Of a stretch of DNA of 64,000 bases, positions 36,943 to 47,218 are shown piece by piece. The DNA is from a virus (taxonomy: Duplodnaviria > Caudoviricetes). The stretch is from positions 1 to 64,000 of the IMG/VR virus record IMGVR_UViG_2889388703_000001. The stretch is one strand, 5' to 3'. Under the pieces are notes generated by a model that worked only from the letters and a program-made list of their open reading frames with translations, made no database searches and was not told the DNA's origin. Both the position numbers and the translations under genes were made by a program. Within the stretch, counting starts at the first letter, position 1, and each line of letters begins with the position of its first letter.

Positions 36943-37485
36943 TTATCCCAGTCCCGATTTGATAGTCAGAGTTCCGTCCCAGGTAGTCAGGGAGTATCTG
37001 TTCGGGTTGCTGGTAACAGTTACTGCATGACCGCTATCAGAATCCGGAGTAGTACCACTGTCGTAGTTGTTGTTAACTTCCGTACCGAAAGTAGGGTCGT
37101 ACACTACGTAATAACCTCCTGACGGGTTTTCTGCAAAGAAAATAGCGTCACCACGGTTTTTCAGGATGCGGAGCACATGAGCTGCGTTTTCCACGTCCTT
37201 GTCTATGGTAAACATCAGCTGTACGTTGTATCCTTTCGCCCCTTCGTTACCAGTTGAAGAAATCTGTCCGCTCTGTTTCTTAATACGGAACTTCCAGGCT
37301 CCTTTACTGGCCTTGAAAGTAAATGCTCCTGAAGAAAAAGCCGCTTTACTCTCATCGTATGTGGGAGGTGCTTTCAAATCTTCCGGATAGGCTACATATA
37401 TCTGATTACCGATACCGGCAAACTGTTCTTCGCAACCGGCAGCAGCCTGACCAATATCCATTAAGTCGCATGATAATTCTGCCAT
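36943..37485 (-). CDS. Putative major tail tube protein, paralog 1
   Basis: As above. Confidence 0.6.
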   Translation of the reverse strand: MAELSCDLMDIGQAAAGCEEQFAGIGNQIYVAYPEDLKAPPTYDESKAAFSSGAFTFKASKGAWKFRIKKQSGQISSTGNEGAKGYNVQLMFTIDKDVENAAHVLRILKNRGDAIFFAENPSGGYYVVYDPTFGTEVNNNYDSGTTPDSDSGHAVTVTSNPNRYSLTTWDGTLTIKSGLG

Positions 37486-37564
37486 AATTGTCTAGTTTTA
37501 AAAGTTTGTGTTTGTGTTGTGAAGGCTGCCAAACTTGGCAGCCTGTTTTATCTCAGCGGGCGGG

Positions 37565-38821
37565 TTACTCTTTGTCTTCCGGCTCGAAGATGGCCTGAAG
37601 GTAGGTCGGGTATCCGTTGTAAACGATGTCACGCGGAGAGATTGTTGCACCGTCGCTCCATGCCTTGAACTTGTATCCAGATTCAGAAGCAGGAGTCAGT
37701 TTCACAGTTTCGTCCTTCGTATATACATCCTTTTGCGGAGACAGCGTTACCTTACCCCATTCTTCGTTGTTGGAAGTAACGGTCAGGGTATTCTTCTGGT
37801 AGTCACCGTTCAGCTGTTCAATCTGTTCGATAGTACCGTCGCTCACACAGAACTTGGATGGTGCGATGTCCAGAATACGTGCGCCTACGGTAGACTGTAC
37901 CTGGAAAATCAGCACATTCAAGTCGTTCGGGTCGTGACTCATCATCACCGAGTTCCAGTCGCTTGCACGGTCAAGACCGAACTGCAGGTTTTCAGGGAGA
38001 GTTGCAATCATACGATTACCCTTACCAATAATACCGTCGGTTACAATCTTGATGTTTTCCATTCCCACGAATGAGAATCCTTCACCGCCTGCACTTGTAG
38101 TCTGCAATCCGGTAAACTTACGCATGTAGCTGTGGGTAATGAGTCGCTTCTGCTTCGGCGACATGTAAACGATTACTTCCTGAGCGTTACGCAACAGCGG
38201 ATGCCATCCTTCCACCCATTCTACAAATGCGTCGAAGTGTTCTCCATCCTGAGTTTCAGGACCTTCGTTAATCGGGTCGCAAGCCACAAGGTTTCCTTCC
38301 TTGGAAGAAATCTTACCCTGATTAATAAGGTTGTTAATGATAGTCCAGTAACCGTTGTACAGACTGAGCGGGTCGTCTTCTCCCAATTCAATGTTACCGA
38401 AGAACAGGTTGCTCAGGTTGTCGCCGGCAAACTGCTTACCAATCTGACGAAGGATAAATTCTGTGACCGGTGCATTGTAGGTTCCGTTTGAACCCAGGAT
38501 GCTGAACGGCTGTTTTTCGCGGAAGTTCTGAAGGTTTTCGTAGTAACGTGACCAAATCTGGTTCATCACCAGTTTGCTTTCGTCCATGAAACCAAGGGTT
38601 GACTTCAGCGTAGAACCTTCCTTGTAACGGCGGGCTTCACCACCCTTACGACGGAAAATGATTTGAGTCTGTGCGTATTCAATATCTTCGATAACCTTGA
38701 TGCGAAGTTTGTTGAACACTGCCATGTTATCGAGAACCGGGCTTTCGATGATGTCCGGAGCAAGAATGTCTTTTACATGCGATACATTCTCTTCACTGAG
38801 TGCGTATAACTTTGTAGCCAT
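37565..38821 (-). CDS. Major capsid protein with C-terminal Ig-like (InlB B-repeat-like) domain
   Basis: Follows the protease/scaffold gene; C-terminal TLTVTSNNEEWGKV...GYKFKAWSDG. Confidence 0.7.
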   Translation of the reverse strand: MATKLYALSEENVSHVKDILAPDIIESPVLDNMAVFNKLRIKVIEDIEYAQTQIIFRRKGGEARRYKEGSTLKSTLGFMDESKLVMNQIWSRYYENLQNFREKQPFSILGSNGTYNAPVTEFILRQIGKQFAGDNLSNLFFGNIELGEDDPLSLYNGYWTIINNLINQGKISSKEGNLVACDPINEGPETQDGEHFDAFVEWVEGWHPLLRNAQEVIVYMSPKQKRLITHSYMRKFTGLQTTSAGGEGFSFVGMENIKIVTDGIIGKGNRMIATLPENLQFGLDRASDWNSVMMSHDPNDLNVLIFQVQSTVGARILDIAPSKFCVSDGTIEQIEQLNGDYQKNTLTVTSNNEEWGKVTLSPQKDVYTKDETVKLTPASESGYKFKAWSDGATISPRDIVYNGYPTYLQAIFEPEDKE

Positions 38822-38864
38822 ATTGTTTGTGTCTGGTTTAGTTTTTGTGTCGTGTTCTTATCTC

Positions 38865-40439
38865 TTATCGTGCTTTGCTGATTTCAACATCACGCTTGCG
38901 GCGGGCTTCAGCTTTTTCGCCCCAGCTCATGTTTTCACCGCATACGCTCTGCACATGGAACTGTCCGCTTTCCTGACCTCCGTTGTTGTCTTTCGGCGGG
39001 TCCTGCGGAGTAGGTTCCAGCTGTGCCGTTTCGCTCAGCTCCTTGATTTCCGCATCCTTCTGTTCGATGCTCTTCTGAGCTTCATTCAGCTTCGCTGTCA
39101 GGTCTTCCGATTCCTTCTTATGAGCGTCCTTCAATGAAGAAACCTCTTTTTCGTGTTCCGCTTTCAGGTTGGCCAGTGCTTCCGCATGGTCTTTCTTCAT
39201 CTGTTCGATGGTTGCGTTAAGCTGTTCTACTTCCGTGAGTTTTGCAGCCAGCGTAGATTCCGTCTGTTTAGCTTTCATGACGAACTCTTCTACATTGTCC
39301 GCCATGGTTTCCACCATGTAGAAACCGCCGTTTTCTTCGACTACCAGGGAGTTTACCTTTGCAGCCGACTGAATAAATGGATAGCTTTTTGCCATAGTTG
39401 CTTGTTTTTGAGTTTGTGATTCTGTTTTATCTGATGCCGGCTGCTCCACAGAAGCCTGTTCCTGTGTTCCCGGCTGCTTTTCTTCCTTGATTCCTGATGG
39501 TTTGCTGTCTTCGCGTGAGGCTCCGGACGAATTTCCTTTCTGACTCTGACTCACTCCGGCCAGCTGCTGCACGCGGTTCACGCAGAACTTGAAGTCGCCA
39601 TGACCGTCGACCATGGTACCCACCACATCGCCCGCATCGAAAGTTTTTCCGGTCATCTGGTCATCCGTCACTCTGGGACGGCGCTCGCGTACCATCTGCT
39701 GGAAATCGGCACAAAGCCGGTTCAGCTCTTCCTTGATGCCGTCATAGTTCCCCTCGGCCGCGTCGCGGTACTCCTTGTTCTTATAAGGAGATCCGTCGGC
39801 GTAAATCTCGGCGTACCGTTCCTGAGTCACGGTGTTCACATCGCCGTCCTTGTTAGTGAGCATCGCGCACATTGTACCGATACATCCCACCGTGTCGTGC
39901 GGATTGGTGAAATACACTTCGTCGCACAGAGCCATCAGCGCATAACCGGCACTGCAGGCCATCCCGTCGATGTGACCCACAATCTTCTTTCCTTTTGATC
40001 GGGCGTAGTTGAGGGCCATCTCATAGTCGTACTTCGCCATGCTGCTACCGCCCGGGCTGTCCATCTCGATAATAAATCCGATGGTATGCGCATCGTCAGA
40101 AGCACGCATGATGATGTCCTTGTGTTCCTTGCTTCCGTAGGAACACAGGTCGCCATTACGAAGAATGGGGCCCTGTACGTCGATAACCGAAATGATGCGG
40201 TCGTCTTCCCCTATATCGTTCCATCCGGTTACATCATCGTAATCTCCGATGTAAGTCTTTTCAGCATATCCGGTACGCGAAGAAAGGAAGTAAGGTCGGT
40301 CGGTCCGCTCGTCCGGCTTCTCGTAAGGACGGTGTGAGGCAATGTTGTCAAGAATCGTTCTCCGGTAAGCATGCAGAGACTCCGGGTAAAAGTCCCAGAA
40401 TCGCGTAGACATGATTTCGTGAAATGCTCTTGTTGCCAT
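38865..40439 (-). CDS. S49 (SppA/ClpP-like) prohead protease with coiled-coil scaffold
   Basis: DSPGG, ACSAGY, VGCIG motifs; C-terminal coiled coil. Confidence 0.85.
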   Translation of the reverse strand: MATRAFHEIMSTRFWDFYPESLHAYRRTILDNIASHRPYEKPDERTDRPYFLSSRTGYAEKTYIGDYDDVTGWNDIGEDDRIISVIDVQGPILRNGDLCSYGSKEHKDIIMRASDDAHTIGFIIEMDSPGGSSMAKYDYEMALNYARSKGKKIVGHIDGMACSAGYALMALCDEVYFTNPHDTVGCIGTMCAMLTNKDGDVNTVTQERYAEIYADGSPYKNKEYRDAAEGNYDGIKEELNRLCADFQQMVRERRPRVTDDQMTGKTFDAGDVVGTMVDGHGDFKFCVNRVQQLAGVSQSQKGNSSGASREDSKPSGIKEEKQPGTQEQASVEQPASDKTESQTQKQATMAKSYPFIQSAAKVNSLVVEENGGFYMVETMADNVEEFVMKAKQTESTLAAKLTEVEQLNATIEQMKKDHAEALANLKAEHEKEVSSLKDAHKKESEDLTAKLNEAQKSIEQKDAEIKELSETAQLEPTPQDPPKDNNGGQESGQFHVQSVCGENMSWGEKAEARRKRDVEISKAR

Positions 40440-40468
40440 TTTCGTTTGATAATTAATTGATTACATCA

Positions 40469-40504
40469 CGAAATTACGCACGCGAAATGCGGTAATGAAG
40501 GACA
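40469..40504 (-). promoter_or_regulatory. Putative late promoter, copy 3
   Basis: TGTCCTTCA-N19-TAATTTCG upstream of the head operon. Confidence 0.6.
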
Positions 40505-40813
40505 CAAAAAATGACTAAATGCGTGAATTACAGAAATATGCGGATGCTCAAACGGATTTTCTCTGCAAATAAAAACCTGCTAAGAATGAGCATGTTGTAA
40601 AACACACGGAGTTTGTGCGAAAAAAAGAAATTTGCGGCGGACGCAAAGAAATTGAAGAATGTCACAAAGAAGATAATGAAGATTTACCTGCATGACGAAA
40701 GAAAAACGCGCACAAAAAGAAAGGCCCAAAGAAAAAATGCCGCCCCACACACGTATGCAGGAACGGCATTCCAACGGAAAGAAAAAAGCAATATATATAA
40801 TAAGGTGTAGATG

Positions 40814-41254
40814 TCAGACCACACGCTGTGCGCCGGTCACGTTGCGGATGGTGAGTGTGCACGAAATCACGCCGTCGTCTTCCTCATACTGAAATTCATA
40901 ACCGTCGCTCACGGCACGCACAAACATTTCACCGTCGCCAAATGTTCTTACAATCAAATGGTTAGTGCTGTTTTTCAGCGTTTCAAGCTGTAAATAGGTT
41001 TCCTGCGTCACCATCTCTACCTCCCAACTCACCGTCACTTCGTAAGAATCGCCGGCCACGCTGGTTTCCGCGCTCTCCTTCAGGCTCCCCGATTTCGGTT
41101 TCATCTGAATGGAAATCTTACGGTCGCCCGACACAGAAAAATCAGGTTTGTCACTTTTCTTCTCAATATTGAACGGGCGGGAAAACGTAACCGCGTCGTC
41201 CGGATAAGCTTCAATGCTGCCTATCAACTCGTAATAATTCTCGCTGCAATTCAT
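40814..41254 (-). CDS. Putative structural protein
   Basis: Acidic, beta-rich 146 aa. Confidence 0.55.
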   Translation of the reverse strand: MNCSENYYELIGSIEAYPDDAVTFSRPFNIEKKSDKPDFSVSGDRKISIQMKPKSGSLKESAETSVAGDSYEVTVSWEVEMVTQETYLQLETLKNSTNHLIVRTFGDGEMFVRAVSDGYEFQYEEDDGVISCTLTIRNVTGAQRVV

Positions 41255-41364
41255 GATTTATGTGTTGTTTTGTGGTTGAAAATGGCGACTGACAAAGTTA
41301 CTGACAAATCGCACCAACTTTCTTCGTTTCTTTAACTTTTATTTATTGCTATTCATGTATAAAT

Positions 41365-42000
41365 TTATGGCGTGTATATACAGATTCTTCCGGTTCTCGA
41401 CTCAAGCTCTTCTTTTCTCACTTTGATGTCAGACTTCATTCTGGATTTGATTCTCCACCAATATCGCATCATGCTCTCAAATCTTTTCATGTCTATATCG
41501 TACAAAACAATGAAATCAGACATGACATCTTCGGAAGTAACATGTTCGCCCATTCTATTTGCCCGGAAAATACAGTCATCATGAAATCTGGCGAAATCAT
41601 ACCAGAACTCACGTTTCAATTCATTCCTTATCTTCTTACTTCCGTTGATATTCAGGTGAAAAAACTTATCCACTTTCACCTCACCGCTAAATTTGCAGAC
41701 GCTTTCAGGCATTTCCAACTCCAGGTAATCTTCTTTCTCTTTTTCAGTCAACATTTTAAACTGAGCGGTAAATAATGATTTCTGAGGTTTCAAATGAAAG
41801 GCTACTTCATTATAGGAAAAATCTGTTATACCCGAAAAATCTGCATCTCTGAACAAGTGAGTCTTCATATATACACCCAGAAGGCTGTTCTGAGGAAACC
41901 TGACCGGAGTTCCATACTTTATTTCGAAGTATTTCTTATAATAATCACTCACTTTAAGGAAGCATGAGTGACGCTGCTCATTCATTGAATTTTTTGGCAT
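41365..42000 (-). CDS. Hypothetical protein (candidate late regulator)
   Basis: Basic C-terminus; upstream of the head module; function inferred from position only. Confidence 0.55.
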   Translation of the reverse strand: MPKNSMNEQRHSCFLKVSDYYKKYFEIKYGTPVRFPQNSLLGVYMKTHLFRDADFSGITDFSYNEVAFHLKPQKSLFTAQFKMLTEKEKEDYLELEMPESVCKFSGEVKVDKFFHLNINGSKKIRNELKREFWYDFARFHDDCIFRANRMGEHVTSEDVMSDFIVLYDIDMKRFESMMRYWWRIKSRMKSDIKVRKEELESRTGRICIYTP

Positions 42001-42120
42001 AGTAGTAAGATAAAGTCTGTAAATCAATTAATCAACAGCAAGTTACGGACGATTCAACACCAATCGGAATTTCATTCAACAAAAAAAGGTTAAGCGACTG
42101 GGGCCTTATTTTGCGTGTTT

Positions 42121-42770
42121 TTCACTATTTTGCAAAGCTGTGCAATTTTCTTGCAAAACACTTCTCAATACTTATTTATTTAATTATCAATTATTTATAG
42201 TGTATAATAAATAATAAATAAATAGTTATTGCCGATTGTTCATTGATTTTGAAGTGAAGAAAACGTATTTTTTCGGTAAAGAACAGATTTCAGGCTGTCC
42301 GGCTTTTTCTCTTATGTCCATTGCGTAGCTCTCTCTGTTACACGGTGAAGTTGGATATAAAGGAAGTAGAACGAAAGGGGAAAGGCGAGCTTTGTCGTCC
42401 CGCGTTCCGCAGGCCGACCTTTCCCTCCTTTCGTTCTTTCAGGTTTCCCTTCGGATTCCTTCCCCATTCGGACGCTCACAGGAAGAAATGATTCGACTGA
42501 TGTACACCCTTCTCTACCCTACGAAAAATTTTTATTTTAAAGATTTTGTAAACTCGTTTTTCGTGAAAAATCGGCAAAATATCAAAAAGTACAATACTTT
42601 TAATTGATTATCAGATAGTTATTCATTGCAAAAATTTCGCCAACGCTTCGCAATCTTTGCAAAATTGCTTACAAATGATACTTAACTAACTGATTATCAA
42701 ATTGCAAAATGTTTTGCAAAGGGTGTGTAAAACTTGTAATATTTGATACTGAATTGATTTTATAAGCGAT
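42121..42770. other. Non-coding AT-rich region with iterated motifs (candidate replication origin)
   Basis: Multiple TTGCAAA, repeated ATACTT-N6-T(G/A)ATTATCA, long hairpin at about 42368-42440. Confidence 0.4.
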
Positions 42771-43020
42771 TTTCTCTTTGTGCCGGAATGATTTTCTGAA
42801 AGTCTCGTTCCTATTAAGCGCGGTCGCAGTGGCGATACTACGCCAGTTTGGGATTTATGTAACTAAATACTGCTTTCGTTGACAGAAAGAAGGCGTAAAA
42901 GTGCAATTACATACACTCATACGCCTTCTTAAAAATGAATCAGATTGTGATTAATTATCGTTTTAATTCGACCAGTAGATAAAACTTATTGTACAGGCTT
43001 CGTTTATGAAGGGCTAAAAA

Positions 43021-43416
43021 TCATCCTTCTTTCGTGTCTCCTTTCTTCTGGTTATATTCTTTGTTTATTGAGTCTTTGAAAAGTTCTGCTTCCTTTTCTT
43101 TCATGCGGCGTTTCATTTCTTCGAGTACAGCAGCTTCTACCAACTGCCGGTTTTTCTTGACGATGGAAGCCCGCTCATAATCTTCATCTTTCACAAGCTG
43201 TTCGATTAGCCTGTTCTGTGCGTCGATGTAAACCGCGTCAATGGTGTGAGAGCTGAATTTTATGTAGTCGTCAATTTTGAGAACGGCGTGCTCCAGGTTG
43301 TCTATTTTCTTCTCGTTTCGTGTCATCCATCGCGAGATTGCCCGGTAGATCAGGAATAGCGCGGTGGAGTTAATGCAAACAAAAACGATGCTGATTATTA
43401 AGTCTGCGGTATTCAT
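43021..43416 (-). CDS. Membrane-anchored coiled-coil protein
   Basis: N-terminal TM; UVR-like EDYERASIVK motif. Confidence 0.6.
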   Translation of the reverse strand: MNTADLIISIVFVCINSTALFLIYRAISRWMTRNEKKIDNLEHAVLKIDDYIKFSSHTIDAVYIDAQNRLIEQLVKDEDYERASIVKKNRQLVEAAVLEEMKRRMKEKEAELFKDSINKEYNQKKGDTKEG

Positions 43417-43418
43417 AA

Positions 43419-44027
43419 TTAAAATTTGTTGTTCCCGTGCATGCGTGGACGGGTGCGGTTATACTTCATTTTTTGTTCGATGTGCCAGAGGAGGTCGAAT
43501 CCTTTGATTTTGGACATGATAAATACTTCTTGTAATATGTCTACAAAGAATTGAAGAGTGGTAATATGACACACATTATACGATGCGATAAATCTTGTCA
43601 GATTGTAGCACCACTCTGTAAAAGTATTCTGGCTTTTATCTTTGTATGTCTCCTCCTTTATCTCAAGCGGGAATTTTACCCCTAAGAAACTAACTCCCAG
43701 CAAACCTGCCAGGTCAAGCATACGGATGCAGACATCAGAAAGTTCGTCTTCCACACTATCTTTTATATACGCTTCAAAATCTTCCTGAAATCTTCTTACT
43801 CGGGTTTCTTCGCTAAATGGGATATTGTTTCCTTGCCATTCATTAAACTTTGCCACATCGGACCGTTTACCTTTTCTTTCGGCCTGCACAGCTTCCATCA
43901 GCTCGCTAATGACCAGACAAAGGAAATGCTCGGTACTTAAATCCTCGTCGTGCCATCCGTGTTCTACGGCGTTCTGGTAGGCTTCATCTCTCAGTTTGTT
44001 CAGGTTTATCGCTTCAATTGTTTTCAT
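43419..44027 (-). CDS. MazG-like NTP pyrophosphohydrolase
   Basis: LVISELMEAVQAER, EDELSDVCIRMLD, KMKYNRTR. Confidence 0.75.
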   Translation of the reverse strand: MKTIEAINLNKLRDEAYQNAVEHGWHDEDLSTEHFLCLVISELMEAVQAERKGKRSDVAKFNEWQGNNIPFSEETRVRRFQEDFEAYIKDSVEDELSDVCIRMLDLAGLLGVSFLGVKFPLEIKEETYKDKSQNTFTEWCYNLTRFIASYNVCHITTLQFFVDILQEVFIMSKIKGFDLLWHIEQKMKYNRTRPRMHGNNKF

Positions 44028-44165
44028 CTATTACGTCTCCTTTCTTTAGTTTTCTTGCTTCTTTTTCATTTCTATAATACAGCGTGATAACACATGCCAG
44101 GCCATTCTTTTCGGCCACAGCCTGCACCTCGTATTTATTGGTACGTGCCCGGTAAAGTACGCTCA

Positions 44166-44612
44166 CTATTCGCTTGATTGTGGTTGGCATAGGCTATTCT
44201 CTCCGTTAATTATTTTAATTGCTTCCTCTAAAGTAATTTTACCAAAAATGTAATCCATTTTTACCTCTTTTAATTTCTCCTCTAATGTCTTTTCGTAGGT
44301 TATACATTTATTTTTTTCTATATCTGTTACCTCCCCAGATATTTCTCTGGCTTTATGCAATAAGTAATTCTCCGATTCTAACCGTTGAAGTTCTGTTTCT
44401 TTATCGGAAAGGAACTTTTCTTCCACCATCCGGATGGCTGAAATTGCATCCTCCAGGGTGACGTATGCTGTATGGCCTTCGCGCCTGTGCAGCCGGCCTT
44501 GGTCATCCGTGAAATCTCCACTGGGGAGAAGGTAAAGATTTTCTCTCTCCCATCTTACCCGGCTTCTGCACCATACTTTCATGCGTCCCTTTAAAAATCG
44601 TATTGCGTCCAT
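44166..44612 (-). CDS. Hypothetical protein
   Basis: ORF; likely start MDAIRF. Confidence 0.5.
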   Translation of the reverse strand: MDAIRFLKGRMKVWCRSRVRWERENLYLLPSGDFTDDQGRLHRREGHTAYVTLEDAISAIRMVEEKFLSDKETELQRLESENYLLHKAREISGEVTDIEKNKCITYEKTLEEKLKEVKMDYIFGKITLEEAIKIINGENSLCQPQSSE

Positions 44613-45016
44613 TTTACTCTTTTTTCTATTAGTTCCAACATACGGTTGATTTTCATCCTTTGGCAGAGCTGCCACCAGTGTAAATCACGTTTTTGCTTCT
44701 TTATCTGAAGGTAAACGTCTTTAAGCACTCTTTCATTTACCTTTAAATCGCTGTTCTCTTGCTCTTCTACATTTAACCTTGTTTCTAAATAATGAATGTA
44801 GTCGGTTAATGAATTGTGAAAGAACAGGATGTGAGGTACATTTACATATTCATTGTTACCGATGTGTTTATTATATATTTTCTCCCACCTACATTCTTTC
44901 CCATTTAAGGAAGTTTCCTCCCTACGTTTATTCATTCTGGTAAGGTCAGAAATCTTCTTTTCCATCCTTCTATATTCTGACAGAGGAATGATTATTTGTT
45001 TTTTATCTTCTTCCAT
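44591..45016 (-). CDS. Hypothetical coiled-coil protein
   Basis: ORF in operon. Confidence 0.55.
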   Translation of the reverse strand: MEEDKKQIIIPLSEYRRMEKKISDLTRMNKRREETSLNGKECRWEKIYNKHIGNNEYVNVPHILFFHNSLTDYIHYLETRLNVEEQENSDLKVNERVLKDVYLQIKKQKRDLHWWQLCQRMKINRMLELIEKRVKWTQYDF

Positions 45017-45021
45017 AGGCT

Positions 45022-45504
45022 TTAGTCTTTAGATTTCCAATCATTGCATAAATAATGGCTGTACGCCGTGTCAGAATAGAGCTTGCATTCACCCGCATCT
45101 GAATCCTCCGATGGAAGAAAATGAAGGCACGTGAGGCATTCTCTTTCTTCCTTTTTGTAGTCCTTGCACCCGGGAAGGAAGAAACCTGTATCTTCCCCAT
45201 TGTATCCATTCCCTACCCTGAACCTGAGAGGACGGACAAACTCGCAAAGCTGACTGTTTGGCTTTTGTTTCTCTCCTTCTTTCAGCGGGCGGAAATGGAT
45301 GCAGTCGTCGCAGAAATTCACGGTGCGTAGTTTTTCTTCCCTTGCAATGGGTTTCTTCCGGTTGAGCCAGTTGCTTGTGTCGTTTAACGGGCAGGCTCCG
45401 CAGTAGTAATCGTCTTTGTAGTAAAGACAATATCCTTCACAGAACACTCCTTTGATTTCTTTCAGCAGACTGGCCTTTATCTTTTCGACGTTAGCATTTG
45501 GCAT
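45022..45504 (-). CDS. Cys-rich hypothetical protein
   Basis: Several CxxC motifs. Confidence 0.6.
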   Translation of the reverse strand: MPNANVEKIKASLLKEIKGVFCEGYCLYYKDDYYCGACPLNDTSNWLNRKKPIAREEKLRTVNFCDDCIHFRPLKEGEKQKPNSQLCEFVRPLRFRVGNGYNGEDTGFFLPGCKDYKKEERECLTCLHFLPSEDSDAGECKLYSDTAYSHYLCNDWKSKD

Positions 45505-45827
45505 GATTCTATCAGGTATTTGTCTATTTCAAACCGGAGATAAAAGAATACGGTCCAACCCAAACGGTCTATATGCTCGAAGTATTTTACATACTGGAAT
45601 CCTTTTATATTCAGGTATCTTTTGAATATCTTGAATCCAGCTGACATTTCCTTGTATTCTATATTATAGTCATCCGGGCGCCATGGTGCGCACTGACTGA
45701 GTAACATCTCCCTATATTCTTTGGGACATTTCTTTATCTCTCTTATGGCTCCTTCCATAAGGCGCTTTGCCACGATGTTGGTCTTTTTAATGTGGTTGAA
45801 TTTGAAATCTTCTGGTATGAATATCAT
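45477..45827 (-). CDS. Hypothetical protein
   Basis: ORF in operon. Confidence 0.55.
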   Translation of the reverse strand: MIFIPEDFKFNHIKKTNIVAKRLMEGAIREIKKCPKEYREMLLSQCAPWRPDDYNIEYKEMSAGFKIFKRYLNIKGFQYVKYFEHIDRLGWTVFFYLRFEIDKYLIESCQMLTSKR

Positions 45828-46039
45828 GGCTTTTCCTCCACTTTTTCAAACACTATATCCGTTTTATCTTCTCTGTCAGCATGGTAACAACTGCCAATAA
45901 ATTCTTGTACAGCTGTACAATATTCCAACCCATTCAAAGCGCATCCTGTACAAGTTCCAATCTTTTCTTGTTTTACTACTTTAAGCTTTACAAGTCCACA
46001 TTGAAAAACTTCTCCTATTTCAAATTCTTTCTTTGCCAT
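45824..46039 (-). CDS. Small Cys-containing phage protein
   Basis: IGEVFQ...CTGC...REDKTDIVF. Confidence 0.6.
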   Translation of the reverse strand: MAKKEFEIGEVFQCGLVKLKVVKQEKIGTCTGCALNGLEYCTAVQEFIGSCYHADREDKTDIVFEKVEEKP

Positions 46040-46042
46040 AAT

Positions 46043-46305
46043 TCAATCTATTATTCCTAATTTTGAAAGTAAATATCGAAATCTAAGTGTTGCTACTATC
46101 CCTGCTTGCTTTATATACTCGTCTTTTACGGAAAAAGTTTATCATACAAACTCATGTAATCATCACTTTTATTTAGATCCATGCCGAAAACAAACATGTC
46201 CCACGCCTGCATATCCATTTCATTGCTCAGAATAATATCGCAGACTTTTTTATTGTTGCCGTTATTTAAGGCTTTAGCTAATTGTCCTTTTGTTTCCCAT
46301 TTCAT
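46043..46305 (-). pseudogene. 87-aa gene interrupted by a 1-nt frameshift
   Basis: MKWETKGQLAKALNN...YDKLF, then shifted VKDEYIKQAGIVATLRFRYLLSKLGIID*; break near the A5 run at 46132-46136. Confidence 0.55.
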
Positions 46306-46350
46306 AATAAGTCCTCTATTTCAGGCGTTAAATCTTCAATGTAAGCAAAT

Positions 46351-46788
46351 CTATCTGTCTTTTATATTAAAATGTTCAATAAGTTCCTGGACGGTGGCTT
46401 TGTGAGACCACATAGGGCTATTTATGACGCATTCATCGTAACCTATAAATTTCATCCAATCTCCTCTCTTTAAGGTTAAAAATGATTCTGCATCAAAAAT
46501 AAACCATTGGCCATAATCTGTGTCGTCACGTAATGATGCTATTGCCAAGAACAGGTTTTCATTGGTCCCGCAGTCAATAAATTTGATTTCATTTTGAAAC
46601 ATCTTGACATATTCGTGAATATATATCACAGCGTAAAATATTGGATTTCCACGAGGAGATTCCATCGCTACCAGCGTAGGAGCTTTCTCCAATAGTAGAT
46701 TCATTGTCAATGGTATATATCCGAGTTCCTCCAGTTTCTTTCTTAGTTCCGGTGTGTTCTTCCGGATAAAACAAGGTTGTGTAAACAT
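46351..46788 (-). CDS. Hypothetical protein, tandem paralog
   Basis: MFTQPCFIR...IDCGTNENLFLAIA...HKATVQELIEHF shared with the next gene. Confidence 0.7.
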   Translation of the reverse strand: MFTQPCFIRKNTPELRKKLEELGYIPLTMNLLLEKAPTLVAMESPRGNPIFYAVIYIHEYVKMFQNEIKFIDCGTNENLFLAIASLRDDTDYGQWFIFDAESFLTLKRGDWMKFIGYDECVINSPMWSHKATVQELIEHFNIKDR

Positions 46789-46791
46789 AGT

Positions 46792-47208
46792 CTATCTATC
46801 CTTTATGTTAAAATGTTCGATTAGTTCCTGTACAGTGGCTTTGTGGTATAAGATTGAAATGTCTTTCTCCTCATAAGATCCGGATTCATTTATCCAGGTA
46901 TAAAATACAAACTTATTATCCACACATTGCAGCCAAACATTTTCATCATTTTCCACGAACCATTGTCCTCTATCCGTATCGTCACGTAAAGCTGCTATTG
47001 CCAGGAACAGGTCCTCGTTTGCACCGCAGTCAATACAGTGTGGATGATTGTCCGAGTCTGTAAAATGCCAGGTATCTCCTTCTAAAACGAGGTGATTCCC
47101 TTCTATATTGTTCCGGAAAACCATGTACATTGCAGTGTAGCCTAATGCTGCCACATTGAATGCCAATTCTTTTCTCGCATTCCTTATAAAACAAGGTTGT
47201 GTAAACAT
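46792..47208 (-). CDS. Hypothetical protein, tandem paralog
   Basis: As above. Confidence 0.7.
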   Translation of the reverse strand: MFTQPCFIRNARKELAFNVAALGYTAMYMVFRNNIEGNHLVLEGDTWHFTDSDNHPHCIDCGANEDLFLAIAALRDDTDRGQWFVENDENVWLQCVDNKFVFYTWINESGSYEEKDISILYHKATVQELIEHFNIKDR

Positions 47209-47218
47209 AAGCTGATTC

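Noticed and set aside
42960-42985. GTTTTAATTCGACCAGTAGA as another I-B-like repeat
   Set aside because: Only a weak partial resemblance, with no ATTGAAAC handle or partner repeat.
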